IMG/VR virus record: IMGVR_UViG_3300032030_000040
Location: 33,913-97,912 of that record
Source: a virus
Taxonomy: Duplodnaviria; Caudoviricetes
Reading direction: 5' to 3' (one strand)
Length of the DNA stretch: 64,000 nucleotides
Both the position numbers and the translations under genes were made by a program. Shown here one piece after another: positions 20,922 to 30,710 of this stretch. The notes below the pieces were generated by a model. That model did not search any database, had not been told where the DNA came from, and saw only the letters and a list, made by a program, of their open reading frames with translations. Positions within the stretch are counted from its first letter, which is position 1, and the number at the start of each line of letters is the position of its first letter.

Positions 20922-20949
20922 AAGTATTTACCTATTAAAAAGATTTCAT

Positions 20950-22191
20950 ATGATTAAGTCAAAAACAGAACTTGCATCTGGTGAGGGGATTTCAAAAGTC
21001 CTTTGTGTCACCAACCTCGGCAACGTCTTTGAGGCAACGCCGGAGGAACTGGGTAATGCCCAGACCCCTTCAACGGTCATCGGTGCTTTAGCCACCAATT
21101 TCACGCTGGAGGAAAACAGCAATCCAGCCTTCACGCTCAACAACCGTGGAGCTGCTGAGCTCTATCAGGCCCAGATGGGCGGTTATATGTTCCTTATCAA
21201 GGACGGAAAGGTTTACGCTGCCAAGCTGAACAGCGGAAACTGGGACTATTTCGCAGACGGCACTCAAGTAGCAGACGCCTCGAAGTTCGAGACGATGGTG
21301 CACGTTCCTGACTGTAACTTCAAGGGTGAGGGCAAGCACCTGAATTTCGGTGGCCTCGTTCCTGTTGACGGTGGTGAGGTGTTCGATTCTCCGCACTGGG
21401 TAGGAGCATACGAGATGTATGTCGATGGAAGCAACAAGGGTCACTCACGTCCCGATGTCGCTCCTGCTCACTCTAAGACCATGAGCGCATTTTGGAATTG
21501 CGCACAGAACCTCGGTTCTGAGTTCGGTCTGGCCAACTATGGTTTCCACTGCCTGATTAACGCTCTGTACCAGGCACGTTACGGCAATCTCAATTCTCAG
21601 GAGACAATCGGTGCTGGATTCCAGCACTCTTCATGGGAAGCTGCCCGTGACGTTCCTATGGGTCTGCTCCGTGCTCTTGGTGACGGCTCAGGTAAGGTTC
21701 TCTTCAATAACGCAACGCTGGGCGACCAGTACCCCGTGAAGCTCTTCGGCTTCGAGGACCTGTGGGGAAAGCTCTGGGAGTTCCGTCCTGGCATCCGCTT
21801 CTACATGGACGGTGCCACACGTAAGGCTGTTGTCTATAAGGGCAATGTCGTGAGCAACACTGCTACAGGCCGTGAGTTCGAGTGTGGATGCACTGGCTCC
21901 AGCGGTGCTTATATCCGCTCAATGGAGTGTGGCCAGTATTGGGATATGATTGCACGTAGTACCAGCGGTGCAGGTGCTTCTACCTACTACTGTGACGGCT
22001 ATTGGTTCGCTGATAGTGGAGAGCTGCTGGGCGTTGGGGGTCGCGCGAGTGCTGGCGCTCTTTGCGGTCTTGCGTGCTCGTACTCGAATAACGACTTCTC
22101 GGACTCGAGGCCGCACATCGGCGCTCGGTTGGCCTTCTACGGAGAACCGGAAATCGTGAGCGGTGCAAAACTTGTGGCCTTGGCTGGATAG
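20950..22191 (+). CDS. DGR target 1: tail fiber/receptor-binding protein with C-terminal CLec-type variable region
   Basis: GFEDLWGKLWEF motif, YYCDGYW, C-terminal VR ending IGARLAF. Confidence 0.85.
   Translation: MIKSKTELASGEGISKVLCVTNLGNVFEATPEELGNAQTPSTVIGALATNFTLEENSNPAFTLNNRGAAELYQAQMGGYMFLIKDGKVYAAKLNSGNWDYFADGTQVADASKFETMVHVPDCNFKGEGKHLNFGGLVPVDGGEVFDSPHWVGAYEMYVDGSNKGHSRPDVAPAHSKTMSAFWNCAQNLGSEFGLANYGFHCLINALYQARYGNLNSQETIGAGFQHSSWEAARDVPMGLLRALGDGSGKVLFNNATLGDQYPVKLFGFEDLWGKLWEFRPGIRFYMDGATRKAVVYKGNVVSNTATGREFECGCTGSSGAYIRSMECGQYWDMIARSTSGAGASTYYCDGYWFADSGELLGVGGRASAGALCGLACSYSNNDFSDSRPHIGARLAFYGEPEIVSGAKLVALAG
22021..22140 (+). repeat. DGR variable repeat VR1 (with putative IMH)
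   Basis: Ungapped match to TR at offset 540; 14 mismatches in 111 nt, all at TR adenines (4 more A-site differences in the last 9 nt). Confidence 0.95.
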
Positions 22192-22228
22192 GCCAAGAGC
22201 CAGCAAGTCGCTGAACGGAAAACGGATT

Positions 22229-22242
22229 GGGGCGTAAGCCCC
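22229..22242 (+). other. GC hairpin downstream of VR1 (candidate DGR target-recognition cruciform)
   Basis: GGGGC-GTAA-GCCCC. Confidence 0.45.
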
Positions 22243-22560
22243 TCCGCTTCCTTTCAATGGGAATAATAACAAACAGAAAAAGTAACAATTTAAAAAAGTC
22301 GCATTTGGAGAGAGAGCCGTTTCGCAGAAACATCACTTGAAGGATGCTTGAACTAAGAAGAAAACTGGGGCTGAAAAGGCTATGACAGCGGTCTGGCTTT
22401 CCAGAACACGAAGAAAGAAAAGACATTGTGCCTGCCGTTGCGTGAGGTTTTTACCTTCTACTACGTCTCGGAGGAACAGGCACATAGGGCAGACGAAAGA
22501 GAAAAGTCCCATGCTGCTTCGAGAGGCACGGGATTCTGCCCGAAAAGGCGATACATCGTG

Positions 22561-22680
22561 GAGCTGCTGAACGTTGGGGGTAACGCGAATAATGGCGCTA
22601 ATTGCGGTCTTGCGTACTCGAACTCGAATAACGACTTCTCGAACTCGAGGACGAACATCGGCGCTCGGTTGAAATTATAC
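22561..22680 (+). repeat. DGR template repeat (TR)
   Basis: 10 in-frame AAY codons; adenine-only differences from two VRs; lies upstream of RT. Confidence 0.95.
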
Positions 22681-22936
22681 ACTATAAATAAAAAGAATTA
22701 CACTGTCCAACGAGAAATCCAAGGACACGCGATTGAGCCTACTCGATGGAGGGCATACAGGTAAGTCCCGACAGAGTGAACATAAAAGGCGTAGGGTATG
22801 AGGGCATGAAGCCCAACAGAGTCCCCTCACGTAAGTAAGCAATACAGTTGTACGTATATACCGAACACCTGAGAGCCGAGAAGTGTAGAAGGCCTGGCCA
22901 TAGAAAGCCGATCAGCCCAAGGCAGAGAAAAGACGA

Positions 22937-24304
22937 ATGGCAGAAGTCGAACTGGCATACAAGCGCAAGGCTCGCCTGAGAGGTAAGAACCGCAAGGTGA
23001 GAATCGAGCAGGTTTACGACATGCAGAACCTCATAGCTGCTGACCATGAAGCCCGCAAGGGGAAGCGTGGCCATAAGGGTGTGCGTGAGTTCGACAAAGA
23101 CAAGGATGGTAACTTCCTGCTTCTTCAGCAGATGATTAAGGAAGGAACCTACCACACGTCGCCAGGCCATGAGTGCGTCCGCCACTGTCCCTGTGGAAAG
23201 GACAGGCTGCTGCATAAGCTGCCGTACTTCCCAGACCACATAGACCATCATGCGCTCATGCAGGTTATCATGCCAGTGCTGCTGAAGTATTACTACTATG
23301 ACTCTGCAGCCAGTATCAAGGGGAAGGGTATGCACTTTGCAGCCCGTAGGACGGAACGATGGATAGACGAGAACAAGGACGCCGGAAGGCTGTACTATGC
23401 CAAGCTGGACTTCGTGAAGTTCTACCACCTCATTAACCAGCTGCTTATCTACGAGTTCCTTTGCAGTATCTTCGGCAACAAGGGAATCCGTTACCTTCTC
23501 TGGGAGGTGGTGACGGCCTGTGAGCAAGGGCTGGGAATCGGGCTCTATCCCATCCAGCCTATCGCCAATGCCTATACTTGTCCGCTTTGCCGCCTGCTGA
23601 TGCGGAAGTTCCGTGTCAGGATAGAGATATACTGTGACGATATCCTTATCATGTCACGCTGGAAGAAAGAGGTCTGGAGAGCCGTGAATTTCGTTCAGTG
23701 GTATGCGAGGGAGGTCATGCGCCAACCTCTTCATGACAATATCGGAGTCCAGATTATCGACACCACTCGCAGGGTGGACTTCGTGGGCTATCAGTATTTC
23801 TTCTGCCACACTCTTCTTCGCAAGAAGATGAAGTGCAAGTTCAAGCAGCGCATGAGCCAGCTGAAGGACGAAATGCTCCGCTATCAGGTGGCCACATCTT
23901 ACAAGGGGTGGATGATGCACTGTGACGGCTACAACCTCTGGTGTGCAGTGATGAAGATGAAGTCATTCAAAGAACTGGGAGTTCCCACCTTTGAGAAGAA
24001 GGATGCCGACGGCAAGCGGATGCTTGAAGGTACCCGTGTGTCGATGGAGTCTCTTGAAGGCCATGAGATAGCTTTCCTTGATGTCGAGTTTGATGTAAGG
24101 TCTAAGTATGACGGCAAGAAGAACGAACCGAAATTCTCCGCTGTCGTGCAGGTTGAGGAATACGGAAAGAAGAAAAAGTTCTTCACCAACAATCCCAAGC
24201 TGCAGGACACGCTTAGATACGTGAAAGATAACGGAATGTTCCCCTTCAAGGGTACGCTGGTGCCCATCAACAAGACGGGACTGCCCGACTACGAGATTCA
24301 GTAA
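22937..24304 (+). CDS. DGR reverse transcriptase with fused C-terminal domain
   Basis: KLDFVKFY, GLGIGLYPIQ, YCDD (23630-23641) and VDFVGY motifs; adjacent TR/VR. Confidence 0.93.
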   Translation: MAEVELAYKRKARLRGKNRKVRIEQVYDMQNLIAADHEARKGKRGHKGVREFDKDKDGNFLLLQQMIKEGTYHTSPGHECVRHCPCGKDRLLHKLPYFPDHIDHHALMQVIMPVLLKYYYYDSAASIKGKGMHFAARRTERWIDENKDAGRLYYAKLDFVKFYHLINQLLIYEFLCSIFGNKGIRYLLWEVVTACEQGLGIGLYPIQPIANAYTCPLCRLLMRKFRVRIEIYCDDILIMSRWKKEVWRAVNFVQWYAREVMRQPLHDNIGVQIIDTTRRVDFVGYQYFFCHTLLRKKMKCKFKQRMSQLKDEMLRYQVATSYKGWMMHCDGYNLWCAVMKMKSFKELGVPTFEKKDADGKRMLEGTRVSMESLEGHEIAFLDVEFDVRSKYDGKKNEPKFSAVVQVEEYGKKKKFFTNNPKLQDTLRYVKDNGMFPFKGTLVPINKTGLPDYEIQ

Positions 24305-24326
24305 TAACCCATAAAATTAGTTCAAG

Positions 24327-25001
24327 ATGGAAATTAAGAAAATTGAGTTCAACGAGCGTCCTTCGCTTATCGAGCAGGAAGGCTCAGTAGTCCGTATCAA
24401 CTTCGACGTCGAGAAAGGTACGGTAGTAGTAAACAATGGTGCCGAGGGTGAAGAGCCAGAGACAAGGGAGATTTTCCTTGCTCACATCATCCGTGTTCCA
24501 CAGCCTCTTACCTTGGAGCATATCAAGGCAGCTCTGGAGGGCAAGGGCTTCGATGCCTACAAGTCAGAGGCCGTGGCTGCTGAGGTCATGATGGAAACCA
24601 TGAAGGGCTTCGGCAACGAAGAGAAGGCTCTGGCCTACGCTAAGCAGATGGTCATTGCGAAGATTTCCGCCTACGACAAGTCGGATGCTGTGAACCAGTT
24701 CACCTACAACGGTGTACCGATGTGGCTTGACAAGGAAATGCGTAACGGTCTTATCGCCCGTCTCAATGCTGAGAAGGCCGTGGGTAAGACAGAGACGACG
24801 CTGTGGCTTGACATAGCTCCGTTCTCCCTCGCTATTGACGATGCGCTGTCATTGCTCACAGCTCTTGAGGTCTATGCTTCTGAGTGCTTCGACAAGACTG
24901 CAGCACACAAGTCCGTCGTAGCTAATATGGAGAGTATCGAGGACGTGCTGGCCTACGACTATACAGACGGTTATCCAAGCAACCCCGTATTCGGTGAGTA
25001 A
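24327..25001 (+). CDS. DUF4376-like tail fiber assembly protein
   Basis: YDKSDAVNQF...MWLDKEMR...LEVYASECFDKTAAHK...YDYTDGYP. Confidence 0.7.
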   Translation: MEIKKIEFNERPSLIEQEGSVVRINFDVEKGTVVVNNGAEGEEPETREIFLAHIIRVPQPLTLEHIKAALEGKGFDAYKSEAVAAEVMMETMKGFGNEEKALAYAKQMVIAKISAYDKSDAVNQFTYNGVPMWLDKEMRNGLIARLNAEKAVGKTETTLWLDIAPFSLAIDDALSLLTALEVYASECFDKTAAHKSVVANMESIEDVLAYDYTDGYPSNPVFGE

Positions 25002-25006
25002 GCCCT

Positions 25007-25510
25007 ATGATGACGTATCTTCTCATATCCGCCTTGCTGGTCGTGCTCTATCTGGGTGCGGCCACATGGCGGTTGCGGAAGCTGCCAGACAGCGTTTCCG
25101 CATTGGTCTATGACCTTCCCAAGAAATGGCAGTGGGTGTGGTCTGCATGGCTGGCACTGGTGACGGTTCTCTTGGCTCCGGCTCTTACTGAGGCCATGCC
25201 GTCCGAGTGGTATGCCATCGCTGCGCATATCTTCATCATATGCCTCGCCATGACAGCAGCCATGCCTCTTGTTCCTGGAAGTCACAACAGGGCGCACTAC
25301 GGACTCAGTATAGCTGCAGGGATTTTCTCTCAGGTGTGCGTGGCCATCATCGGCCCGTGGTGGCTACTTGTATGGCTCCTGTTCGTGGGGATTTTCTGCT
25401 ATGCCATCACGGGGAAGGATAAGTCTGTCTTTGACGGTAAGGGCGTACTCGTCATTGAGATTATATGCTCTCTGTCTCTGATAGGGTGCCTGATTTGGAA
25501 ACTAATGTAA
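25007..25510 (+). CDS. Multi-pass membrane protein
   Basis: About 5-6 hydrophobic segments. Confidence 0.65.
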   Translation: MMTYLLISALLVVLYLGAATWRLRKLPDSVSALVYDLPKKWQWVWSAWLALVTVLLAPALTEAMPSEWYAIAAHIFIICLAMTAAMPLVPGSHNRAHYGLSIAAGIFSQVCVAIIGPWWLLVWLLFVGIFCYAITGKDKSVFDGKGVLVIEIICSLSLIGCLIWKLM

Positions 25511-25529
25511 AACTAAAAAGTACGAAGAC

Positions 25530-26612
25530 ATGAATGCTATCAGTAATCATTTTGCCATCACTGCACTGCAGGAAGGCGTGACCGTTCAGGGCTCCTTGCG
25601 TATCAACGGAACGCTGGCACAGAACTGGAACCCTCGCACGGGTGTACCCATCCCGAACTGGAAGGCAGACGCCTCTACACGTCCGTCAATCTATCCAGTC
25701 ATCCGTAAGGGCTCAGTATATATGACCCGCAACCAGATTAACAACGCAAAGTGGTACTATAACGGTCTGGAGATTTTCGATACAAACGGCAACTGCAAAA
25801 TCAAGGACTCTGCAGGCGATCCGATGTTCGAGCTTGGCACTACGACTGTAGAGCTGAACGGTGTGTCGTATTCTCTGGATAAGCTGACCATCATAGGAAA
25901 CGTGGCCAGCGAGGGCAATACCGATATCGACACTATCAGCTATCAGGGCAGCGTGGAGCTGAACGGAAAGCAGATAGCCTTCCCGTTGTGTTCTGTGGAT
26001 ATCAAGATTTCCCAGATGTCAACGACGGGATATCTGGGTCTGTTGTCGCCTGAGAGTGCCATCATCAGCGAGAAGGGGCAGAGCGTCGATATCACGGCTA
26101 CGCTGTATGACGATGCAGGACAGCAGCCTACGACATGGTTTGCCAAGTGGTTCGATGCTGGTACTGGCTCTGAAATCACAGCAGCCCGTGGTAAGAAGAA
26201 GCTCACCATTACTGAGGCTCAGGTGACGGACAATCTGGTCATCCGCTGTGACTTCTATACGGACAGCGCCTACACGAACAAGGTCACGTCGGCCTTTGCG
26301 TCCATTGATGACACACAGGACCCAGAGTATCTGTATGTGTCGCTGAACGGAAGCAATTCTGACTTCAGTGGCCAGCTGTCACCAGGCGAGAGCTGTACCG
26401 TCACCATGTGGGTAGCCACCATGGAGGACAGCACGGCAATCAACACTGGCTATTCGAGATTCGACGTGAAGTTCTACGACGGCAATCAGGCCGAGATAGT
26501 GTCAGGGACACCGAATGTCAGCGTCAGCAACAGCAAGGGCCAGACGACTATCACGTATGACTTTGTGGCTTCGCACGGCTATAAGATTGTCGGCATTGTC
26601 ACAGCTCAGTAA
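25530..26612 (+). CDS. Tail protein
   Basis: 360 aa, Thr/Ser-rich beta-type; precedes large fiber gene. Confidence 0.55.
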   Translation: MNAISNHFAITALQEGVTVQGSLRINGTLAQNWNPRTGVPIPNWKADASTRPSIYPVIRKGSVYMTRNQINNAKWYYNGLEIFDTNGNCKIKDSAGDPMFELGTTTVELNGVSYSLDKLTIIGNVASEGNTDIDTISYQGSVELNGKQIAFPLCSVDIKISQMSTTGYLGLLSPESAIISEKGQSVDITATLYDDAGQQPTTWFAKWFDAGTGSEITAARGKKKLTITEAQVTDNLVIRCDFYTDSAYTNKVTSAFASIDDTQDPEYLYVSLNGSNSDFSGQLSPGESCTVTMWVATMEDSTAINTGYSRFDVKFYDGNQAEIVSGTPNVSVSNSKGQTTITYDFVASHGYKIVGIVTAQ

Positions 26613-26643
26613 CCAATATGTATTACCTCTAAACAAGTAGTAG

Positions 26644-29600
26644 ATGCAACCACTCATATCAAACACCTTTTCCGTGTCAGCCCTCAAGGAAGGTAAGGAT
26701 GCCTATGTCCTTGACCTGACAAATCAGATGAACTCTATTCCCGTGGATGCAAACGGTAAGGTGACGTATGCCACTACACTCACAACCGTAGCCCGTATCA
26801 TGAAAGGTGCGGACTACGTGCGTGAGAACATCGGCCTGCCGTCTGCCAGTTCCCTGAAAATCGGTGATGTCACTCCGACGGTCACGAACAACGGGGGACT
26901 CGTCACGATAGAATGGAAGTTCACGACGGCCCACACACTGACATCTGAGAGGTATGTCAAGACCATTCAGATGACCCATGACGGTAAGTCGTATTCAGCA
27001 GACTATGTTGCGAGGACGGATAAGAGCGGTGCTATCTACGACCTTCTGACATCCATGACAGAGGTTCCTTTTGTCAGGGATTCAGACTACAAGCTCATAC
27101 CAGAGAAGCAGACCATCTATTGCGGTTACACCAAGAACCAGAACGGCACGATAACGTCCTTCAACGGAAAGACAGCCAGCCACTTGTCAAACATCGACAG
27201 CAAGTACTACATCTATTACCGCATGGTAAACGGGGACGGTACGTTCGGAAGCTGGACGAACATGACCACAAGCGGTATCGAGGTGAAGAACAGCGACACC
27301 TACGCAGGTATTGAGTTTGTCTTTTCTTCTGCAACAGCCAAGGCGAATGTGGCAGACTCCAACATCATAGACCGTGAGACGGTGCCTATCGTCAGGCAGA
27401 GTGAACGTGGCTACGGTATCGTCACATCGGTACAGCGTGACAACTTCACGGAAGCACAGTGGAACACGGACCCAGGCTATGGCGTGGTAGGCCATGAAGA
27501 GACGTGGGACAGCACAAGTGGCATCAGGAATAACGCTCGCATCGGTGACCTCTTTACTGTAGTAGGAAAGGCCACCGACACGGGTAACGGCCACACGGCC
27601 ACTTACCGATGCACGAACAGCAGTGGCAATCTGAAGGGTATCTGTATTGCCCACCAGATTGCGAAGGCTGGTGAGACGGCTTTCACGGCTGACATATCAA
27701 ACGAGGCAGACCTCTTCGGTACCGATGCAAGCGGAAAGGTCATCGAGGCCCAGCAGAGAAGCACGAAAGGCCACCTGTTCTATGGCACGAAGCGCCAGAC
27801 GCTAAGTGAGAACCCGACGGTGAGCCTTACATACGCATCAAGCGGAAGCGCAGTTCCTTCAACGGTAGCTGCTGCAACCACCCTGACGGGTAAAGACACG
27901 GAAGAGGCGGATATTACAATAACCTTGAAGGCCAATCAGACGATTACGGATGCCATCTATGCGGATATCACTCTCAAGTGTGATAAAGGTACAAAGGTTT
28001 GTCGTTTCACGCTGAAGCCTGTCAAGTCAGGAAGTAACGGTGTCAGTCCTGAGCTGTGGCAGCTCGCTCTTGACAAGGATGACCTCTCTTTCAGCCGAAA
28101 TGATGACAACTCGCTTTCTCCTGACAGCATTACCCTCCATGCCTATGCGGAAAAGACCGTAGGGGCAACGACTACCAAGCACACGTCAGCCGTAACAGGT
28201 CTGTCTATCAGCTGGGGCTATGATGAGGAAGACGCACAGGAAACGGATAAGGCTATCGGAACGGCTATCTCCGTCAGCAATTCAACGGCTGCATCCAAGC
28301 GTTTTGTGTGGGTAGAGCTCTACCAGAGTGGAGTGTCTGGATGGATAGACCGTGAGACGGTGCCTATCAACAAGGACGGTAAGGTAGGTGAGACAGGTAA
28401 CGGTATCAAGTCAGTAACGTTATACAGAATGTTCACCATGGTATTCTCTGCCCCGTCGATAACCGATAGCGGATGGATAAGCGAGAACAACAGCAACTAC
28501 CCGACACCTTCAGGACTGACCAAGGAGAAGAGATACCTGTGGCAGAAGAAGGTAACGACATACGAAAAGACCAGCACGACCTACGAGATATCGCTGGTGG
28601 CTCAACTGGATTCGGGAATCTGTGAGAACCTTCTGGAAGATACGGGCTTCAATTCTGAGGGACAGATGGAAGCCTGGGAGCTTATATCGAAATACGTTCC
28701 AGACTCCCTTACAGTCGAAAGTGGGGCTGGTATCAAGAATGGTACTCAGGGCCATAACGCATACTATGACAAGACCGCCTACGGTTCCGACAAGCTGACA
28801 TACAAGGAAGTCCTGAAGCAGAAGGTTTGGGAGTATGGAACGAATGGCATCAAGAAGATAGAGTATTCGGAATGGTACACCTTCTCGTTCTGGGTGAAGG
28901 GAACATCATACACGAAGCTCAACACCTATATTTATCCGAGCTGTGTCAATCAGAGTGCGGATTTCTATATTGACGGTGTGAAGCAGTCATCGGCTCCATC
29001 AGACGCAGGTGTGAGCTGGAACGTTACGGGAAGCTGGGTAAGGCACTCCGTGACCTTCAAGACCAAGAACTCGTTCTATAATTCGTCTGCGGCAGAATAT
29101 TCTACTCAAGCCGTACTGTTCCGGCTTTTGCCTGCAGGGACCTCTTACAATGAGGTTTACATCTGTATGCCGAAGCTGGAGAAGAATACCATTGCCACCG
29201 ATTGGGTGGAGCATACCAATGACCGCATGGCAGACGATATCCAGCACGTCTTTGTAGGAGAGTGGTCAAGCGGAACCACATACTTCTACGGCGGCGGTAC
29301 TGGAGTGCGTCATGTAGTCCGTGCGAGGAAGTCCGCAACTGGAGCCAAGACCTATTTCCGTATGAAGAAGCGCACGACGAGTCAGGGCTACTACTCCATC
29401 AAGGAACCGTACAGCGATACGGCATATTGGGAGCAGGCCGACTACTTGAAGTTCGTGGCCACTGATTTCCTGCTTGCGGAGGAAATAGAGACCGACAAGC
29501 TGACTGTCACAAAAATCAAGGGAAAGAACAACTGTTTTGTGGTCGATGGTGACGGAAATGTGACTGCAAACTCTGGAACATTCAAGAATGTAAAGATACA

Positions 29601-30273
29601 GAGTGGAGAAATAGCTGGATTCAAGATTAGCGGTACGGGGCTGACCAACGACCCGTTTACGAATGATGCTTATGTTATCTTCAGGAATGATGCTCGAAAA
29701 GCCTTTGCGGGTATTGGTGGTAATGTTCTTCCTGCTGCCACTGGTTTACGTGCGGTCGCTCGTTTTGAAAATGAAGATCAGAATAACTATTGGGGGCTTG
29801 GTGCGAACTATGCAATGATTCTGTCTGCCAAGAATGCAGATAGAAACTATGCTTATGCAGGTAGCGGTCATGGAGTCCTGAACGGTCACGTCGTCGGCTA
29901 TCAACTGAACGATTTCACGCCTTCATCCTCATTGAATGTGATTGACCCGAATAAAGGAAAGTATGTGCTGGTGAGAGGGTCTTACGGCACTTGCTATCTG
30001 CCTACATTGTCGGTATGCCAAAACTTCCTTGGAGTTGGAACATCGGCAAAATTTGCCTTTGATTTGTATGTGGTAGGTGCATCAGGAAGCTCATTTACTC
30101 TATACGGTTACAGGAGCGCATCTTACGGTGCCAAGTGTCCGCACATGAGAAATCCAGATGACAATGGGGACATGACTGGCGGTTTGGGTATGGCAGAAGG
30201 AGATACCTGTCATTTGCTCATCATCTATGACGGTAGCAACTTCAATGCTTATATCATGGGACATCTTGACTAA
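26644..30273 (+). CDS. Large tail fiber/spike protein with duplicated ~325-aa modules
   Basis: 1209 aa, two IDRETVPI motifs, CBM-like YTFSFWVKG region, IAGFKIS motif. Confidence 0.7.
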   Translation: MQPLISNTFSVSALKEGKDAYVLDLTNQMNSIPVDANGKVTYATTLTTVARIMKGADYVRENIGLPSASSLKIGDVTPTVTNNGGLVTIEWKFTTAHTLTSERYVKTIQMTHDGKSYSADYVARTDKSGAIYDLLTSMTEVPFVRDSDYKLIPEKQTIYCGYTKNQNGTITSFNGKTASHLSNIDSKYYIYYRMVNGDGTFGSWTNMTTSGIEVKNSDTYAGIEFVFSSATAKANVADSNIIDRETVPIVRQSERGYGIVTSVQRDNFTEAQWNTDPGYGVVGHEETWDSTSGIRNNARIGDLFTVVGKATDTGNGHTATYRCTNSSGNLKGICIAHQIAKAGETAFTADISNEADLFGTDASGKVIEAQQRSTKGHLFYGTKRQTLSENPTVSLTYASSGSAVPSTVAAATTLTGKDTEEADITITLKANQTITDAIYADITLKCDKGTKVCRFTLKPVKSGSNGVSPELWQLALDKDDLSFSRNDDNSLSPDSITLHAYAEKTVGATTTKHTSAVTGLSISWGYDEEDAQETDKAIGTAISVSNSTAASKRFVWVELYQSGVSGWIDRETVPINKDGKVGETGNGIKSVTLYRMFTMVFSAPSITDSGWISENNSNYPTPSGLTKEKRYLWQKKVTTYEKTSTTYEISLVAQLDSGICENLLEDTGFNSEGQMEAWELISKYVPDSLTVESGAGIKNGTQGHNAYYDKTAYGSDKLTYKEVLKQKVWEYGTNGIKKIEYSEWYTFSFWVKGTSYTKLNTYIYPSCVNQSADFYIDGVKQSSAPSDAGVSWNVTGSWVRHSVTFKTKNSFYNSSAAEYSTQAVLFRLLPAGTSYNEVYICMPKLEKNTIATDWVEHTNDRMADDIQHVFVGEWSSGTTYFYGGGTGVRHVVRARKSATGAKTYFRMKKRTTSQGYYSIKEPYSDTAYWEQADYLKFVATDFLLAEEIETDKLTVTKIKGKNNCFVVDGDGNVTANSGTFKNVKIQSGEIAGFKISGTGLTNDPFTNDAYVIFRNDARKAFAGIGGNVLPAATGLRAVARFENEDQNNYWGLGANYAMILSAKNADRNYAYAGSGHGVLNGHVVGYQLNDFTPSSSLNVIDPNKGKYVLVRGSYGTCYLPTLSVCQNFLGVGTSAKFAFDLYVVGASGSSFTLYGYRSASYGAKCPHMRNPDDNGDMTGGLGMAEGDTCHLLIIYDGSNFNAYIMGHLD

Positions 30274-30289
30274 TTAAAACGATACGATT

Positions 30290-30586
30290 ATGAAATTGAA
30301 TTTTGACCAAGTGATGATTTTCTCTTCCATCGACAAGAAGCAGGGAGAGATAAGGAATATCCGAAAGTCTTTTGCAGACTTCATCTATACAGAGGAAACG
30401 GGTGTATTGGCCCGTGCTGTTGCCACAAAGATATTCAATGCAGATGATGAGACAGAGTTTACTCCAGTAGAGTGTGCTCTTATCAGGGAGTACAGCCAAC
30501 ATCTTCCGGCGAATCTAATGGACGCTATCGAGGAAATGCTGGACTGCAATCAGGATGAGGGTGCTCCAGAAGAAAAGATTCAATAG
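30290..30586 (+). CDS. Small tail-associated/chaperone-like protein
   Basis: Last gene of structural operon. Confidence 0.55.
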   Translation: MKLNFDQVMIFSSIDKKQGEIRNIRKSFADFIYTEETGVLARAVATKIFNADDETEFTPVECALIREYSQHLPANLMDAIEEMLDCNQDEGAPEEKIQ

Positions 30587-30710
30587 GTGTATTATTATAT
30601 AGGTAATAGTTAGTAGTTAGTTTTTTAGTAGTTTGTTATCCTCAAAGCGTTGGGGAAAGTGAACTGAAAACTTTTTCTTTCATACGGAAAAAGAATCGTG
30701 AATAACTCAG

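Noticed and set aside
22426-22764. 112-aa ORF spanning the TR
   Set aside because: The open frame is expected because TR mirrors a coding VR; non-ATG start and no Avd similarity. Treated as DGR RNA.
22937-24304. RT as group II intron, retron or Abi RT
   Set aside because: An adjacent TR with two adenine-specific VRs identifies a DGR; no maturase/endonuclease domain or retron VTG motif seen.
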